Shown piece by piece: positions 61,601 to 64,000 of a stretch of DNA of 64,000 bases. Every line of letters starts with the position of its first letter. Position 1 is the stretch's first letter. The translations under genes and the position numbers were made by a program. Source of the stretch: Ramazzottius varieornatus (taxonomy: Eukaryota; Animalia; Tardigrada); the NCBI GenBank assembly GCA_001949185.1, contig BDGG01000002.1, positions 8,236,448 to 8,300,447 on the forward strand, read 5' to 3'. The notes under the pieces were generated by a model, which saw only the letters and a program-made list of their open reading frames with translations, made no database searches and was not told the origin of the DNA.

Positions 61601-64000
61601 CAGGCAAAAATACTTCGGAAGCTATCGCTGCGCTGTTTCTGTCATTATTATTTGTTATTTTAGATCTTCACCCTGACTTTCGACCACCATACCCATTGCC
61701 CAGCTAAAGTCGTGAAAAGTAGAACGCAGTCTAGAAATTATTAGAGGTTGATACGGAACTCGATCAGCGCAAAAGTTCCGGGTAGCGTAAGAGGCATCCA
61801 AATCAGCCTGGCCATTTTGGGCGGAGTTGAACCCGCGGAACTCACTAAGCTGCTCCGAGATCGAAATCGGAGTGAGGCATAGGGGTCGTTACTCAAATGG
61901 GTCAGAAATCCGAGAAAATTTTCAATCATGATTTTCCGTGGGTATTTTATTCCAAAAGTTTGCCAAACTTTTATGTTTATCACTTAGGTTGTCACACGAA
62001 TACAAACTGCAGATCTGACTGCGCCTTTCGGCGTCTGACATTTCATTTGAACTATTTGCCAACTGCATGCATAGCTGTGGCTTTTCAACCTAAAGAAACG
62101 GAAATCCGTAGTGTAACTCTGGGTTCGACTGTGGGGGTAACTTTCAAACGCTGAATAGAACTGCTACTTTAACTGTAACTTCAGCAATATCATTGTGAGA
62201 GGTGAACTGCACAATTCTGTGTAATCCAGTGATTCGCTCAACACTAACGTAGGAGCAAAAATTGATGTTTGCAAAAACTCCGTGGAAAATTGACGCTAAT
62301 CGAGCGCACCGAGTAGCGAGTTTCAGTCTTTCCTCAGTAGGGCAAGGAGTAGGCGGGGCCAAGGGTCTTACCATTTTTCCATGAAACCTGGGTCATTCAA
62401 TCTGAGCGTCTCTTGTCCTTCTTGAAGATGCTCGGAGATTCAAAGATGGCCGGGATGTATGCGGAAGTCGAGGCACGTTTGATCGGCTCGTTGAGCGCGC
62501 TGTGCCGGCTGCAACGACCGCCACTGAACTCGCAGCTCAAACCGTGCTGACAGTATTACCATCAGCCCTTGATTGATTTCTCATCGTACACCTGTTGATA
62601 CAACATTAGGCTTTTAACATTGAACTGACCCGTCTCTTCCCCACGACATGGTCTTCCGACCTACAACATTTAGTCGTCCACGATCCTATTCGGATCTTGA
62701 GGAGAAAGATTGATCTACTCAGGAAACAAGAAACACGTTATGACGTGCAGCAGGAGCTCCGAAAATGTATGCCCGAATCATGATGCGAAAATGACTATGC
62801 CTGAAATATGTCCTCTACCTCGTAATTATTTTCAACCACTAAAGAGCATGCAGATTCTTTGCGGCTCCTCGCTTCAGGAATGCTACCGTCTGCGACACAT
62901 GTAACGGGCTGCGAACAATTCAAAGAAATCTCTGTTAGAATAGAAGGGTGAAGGTAGTGGGCACTGTCCCAGTGGAGCCAAACCCGGCAAGTCCATTCTG
63001 CTCTTGAGTCTGTCACCTTACGATACGGCTATCCTGTTGCCTTTCATCACTGCTCCTCAGTGGCTGAAAGCGCACCGGCCGTTATCTTCCTGACATGCCG
63101 TTGCTCGTTGAACCAGGCATAGGACCGCTAATCGTGCTGGCACAGGTATGCCACCAGGCCAACTCCGCTTTCGGGAGAATTGAGACACGTAAGTTGCACT
63201 GCGGTTGCGAGAGAGTGTGCATGACATCGATGGAATAAGCGGACGAACGCGCGTGTGAGGTGCATGTACCCAGGCTAACGCCTTAACTCTCAACGAGAAC
63301 CTTGACTGAGGTACTTGAGTCTGTTGTAGTTTTGTATATAACCGCCTAGTCAGCACGGGGCCGGGACAGTCGGAGTGGTTGAGATCTTCGAGGACTTCTT
63401 CCTTTCTGTGGACCGAAGCGAGGTAAGTCGTAAGATTTACAGGTAGCTAGCGGTGTGAAGTACATGTGAGGCCTTCGCCTAATTTCTTGGAGTGCAGGGA
63501 GATTTGTGGTGCGAGGTTACTGGACATTTGACCGACAGGAAATGCGGGGGGAATGCTGACGTGTGAGTTGGTGTAGGGAAATTACAGCTTGACCGAGTTT
63601 GCTGAGTCCTTTTATTCTATCAATTTAAAGTAACGTCTGAATGAATATTCCTCGCTATCGGACGTAACACTTTGTATCGAGGTGTTCATCGGGAATTCTA
63701 CGGAGGCGACTGCCTTTTGTTTTGAGCCGATATTCTTGGGCATTTTGCCCTTTGTAGGAAAACCTTTGCAACAGCCGTAAATAATCTCGTTGACCATCGT
63801 AAAGGTTGTCACTTCTGTCGCACACGGACTCTACACTGGAAAAAATTTCTGAGAAAGGTTGGAAGAGCTTTTGAGTCTTTGCAAAGGATAACAATTCGGT
63901 AACAATTCAGAAACAGCACAAACCGAAAGATGCATCGAAGTGTCGCGACTTGTCTGTTTGGCGCGAGACGCACCGATTCGATCGATACAACGGCTCTGTC

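Noticed and set aside
56900-64000. Numerous 60-190 aa ORFs in the distal block, and similar ones in 28.8-38.8 kb
   Set aside because: No recognisable domains or coherent exon chain; treated as non-coding or unrecognisable TE decay.

Overview
Eukaryotic (metazoan) genomic DNA of roughly balanced GC content with short GT-AG introns. Gene style and transposon content would fit a compact invertebrate genome such as a tardigrade, but that is inference only. Two gene-dense blocks are present. The first (1-26.1 kb) holds the 3' part of an UNC-89/obscurin-like giant muscle kinase, a CREB3-type membrane bZIP, a damaged-looking MOV10/Armitage-like helicase and a long coiled-coil protein with many TQT motifs. 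The second (43.2-52.2 kb) holds a casein kinase I gamma-like gene, WDR12, tRNA-Phe and PAPS synthase. Two gene-poor blocks (26.1-43.2 kb and 52.3-64 kb) hold transposon debris: two related intron-containing pogo elements (one intact), non-LTR fragments, several MITE families and two assembly gaps. The most striking unexplained signal is a family of 18 palindromic elements built from CAAGTGGCGCAC-N25-GTGCGCCACTTG units. They occur one per intron in all seven protein-coding host genes, keep an almost invariant 42-43 bp arm-to-arm span despite heavy sequence divergence, and were not seen in the ~29 kb of transposon-rich non-genic DNA. All counts and exon boundaries were worked out by hand.
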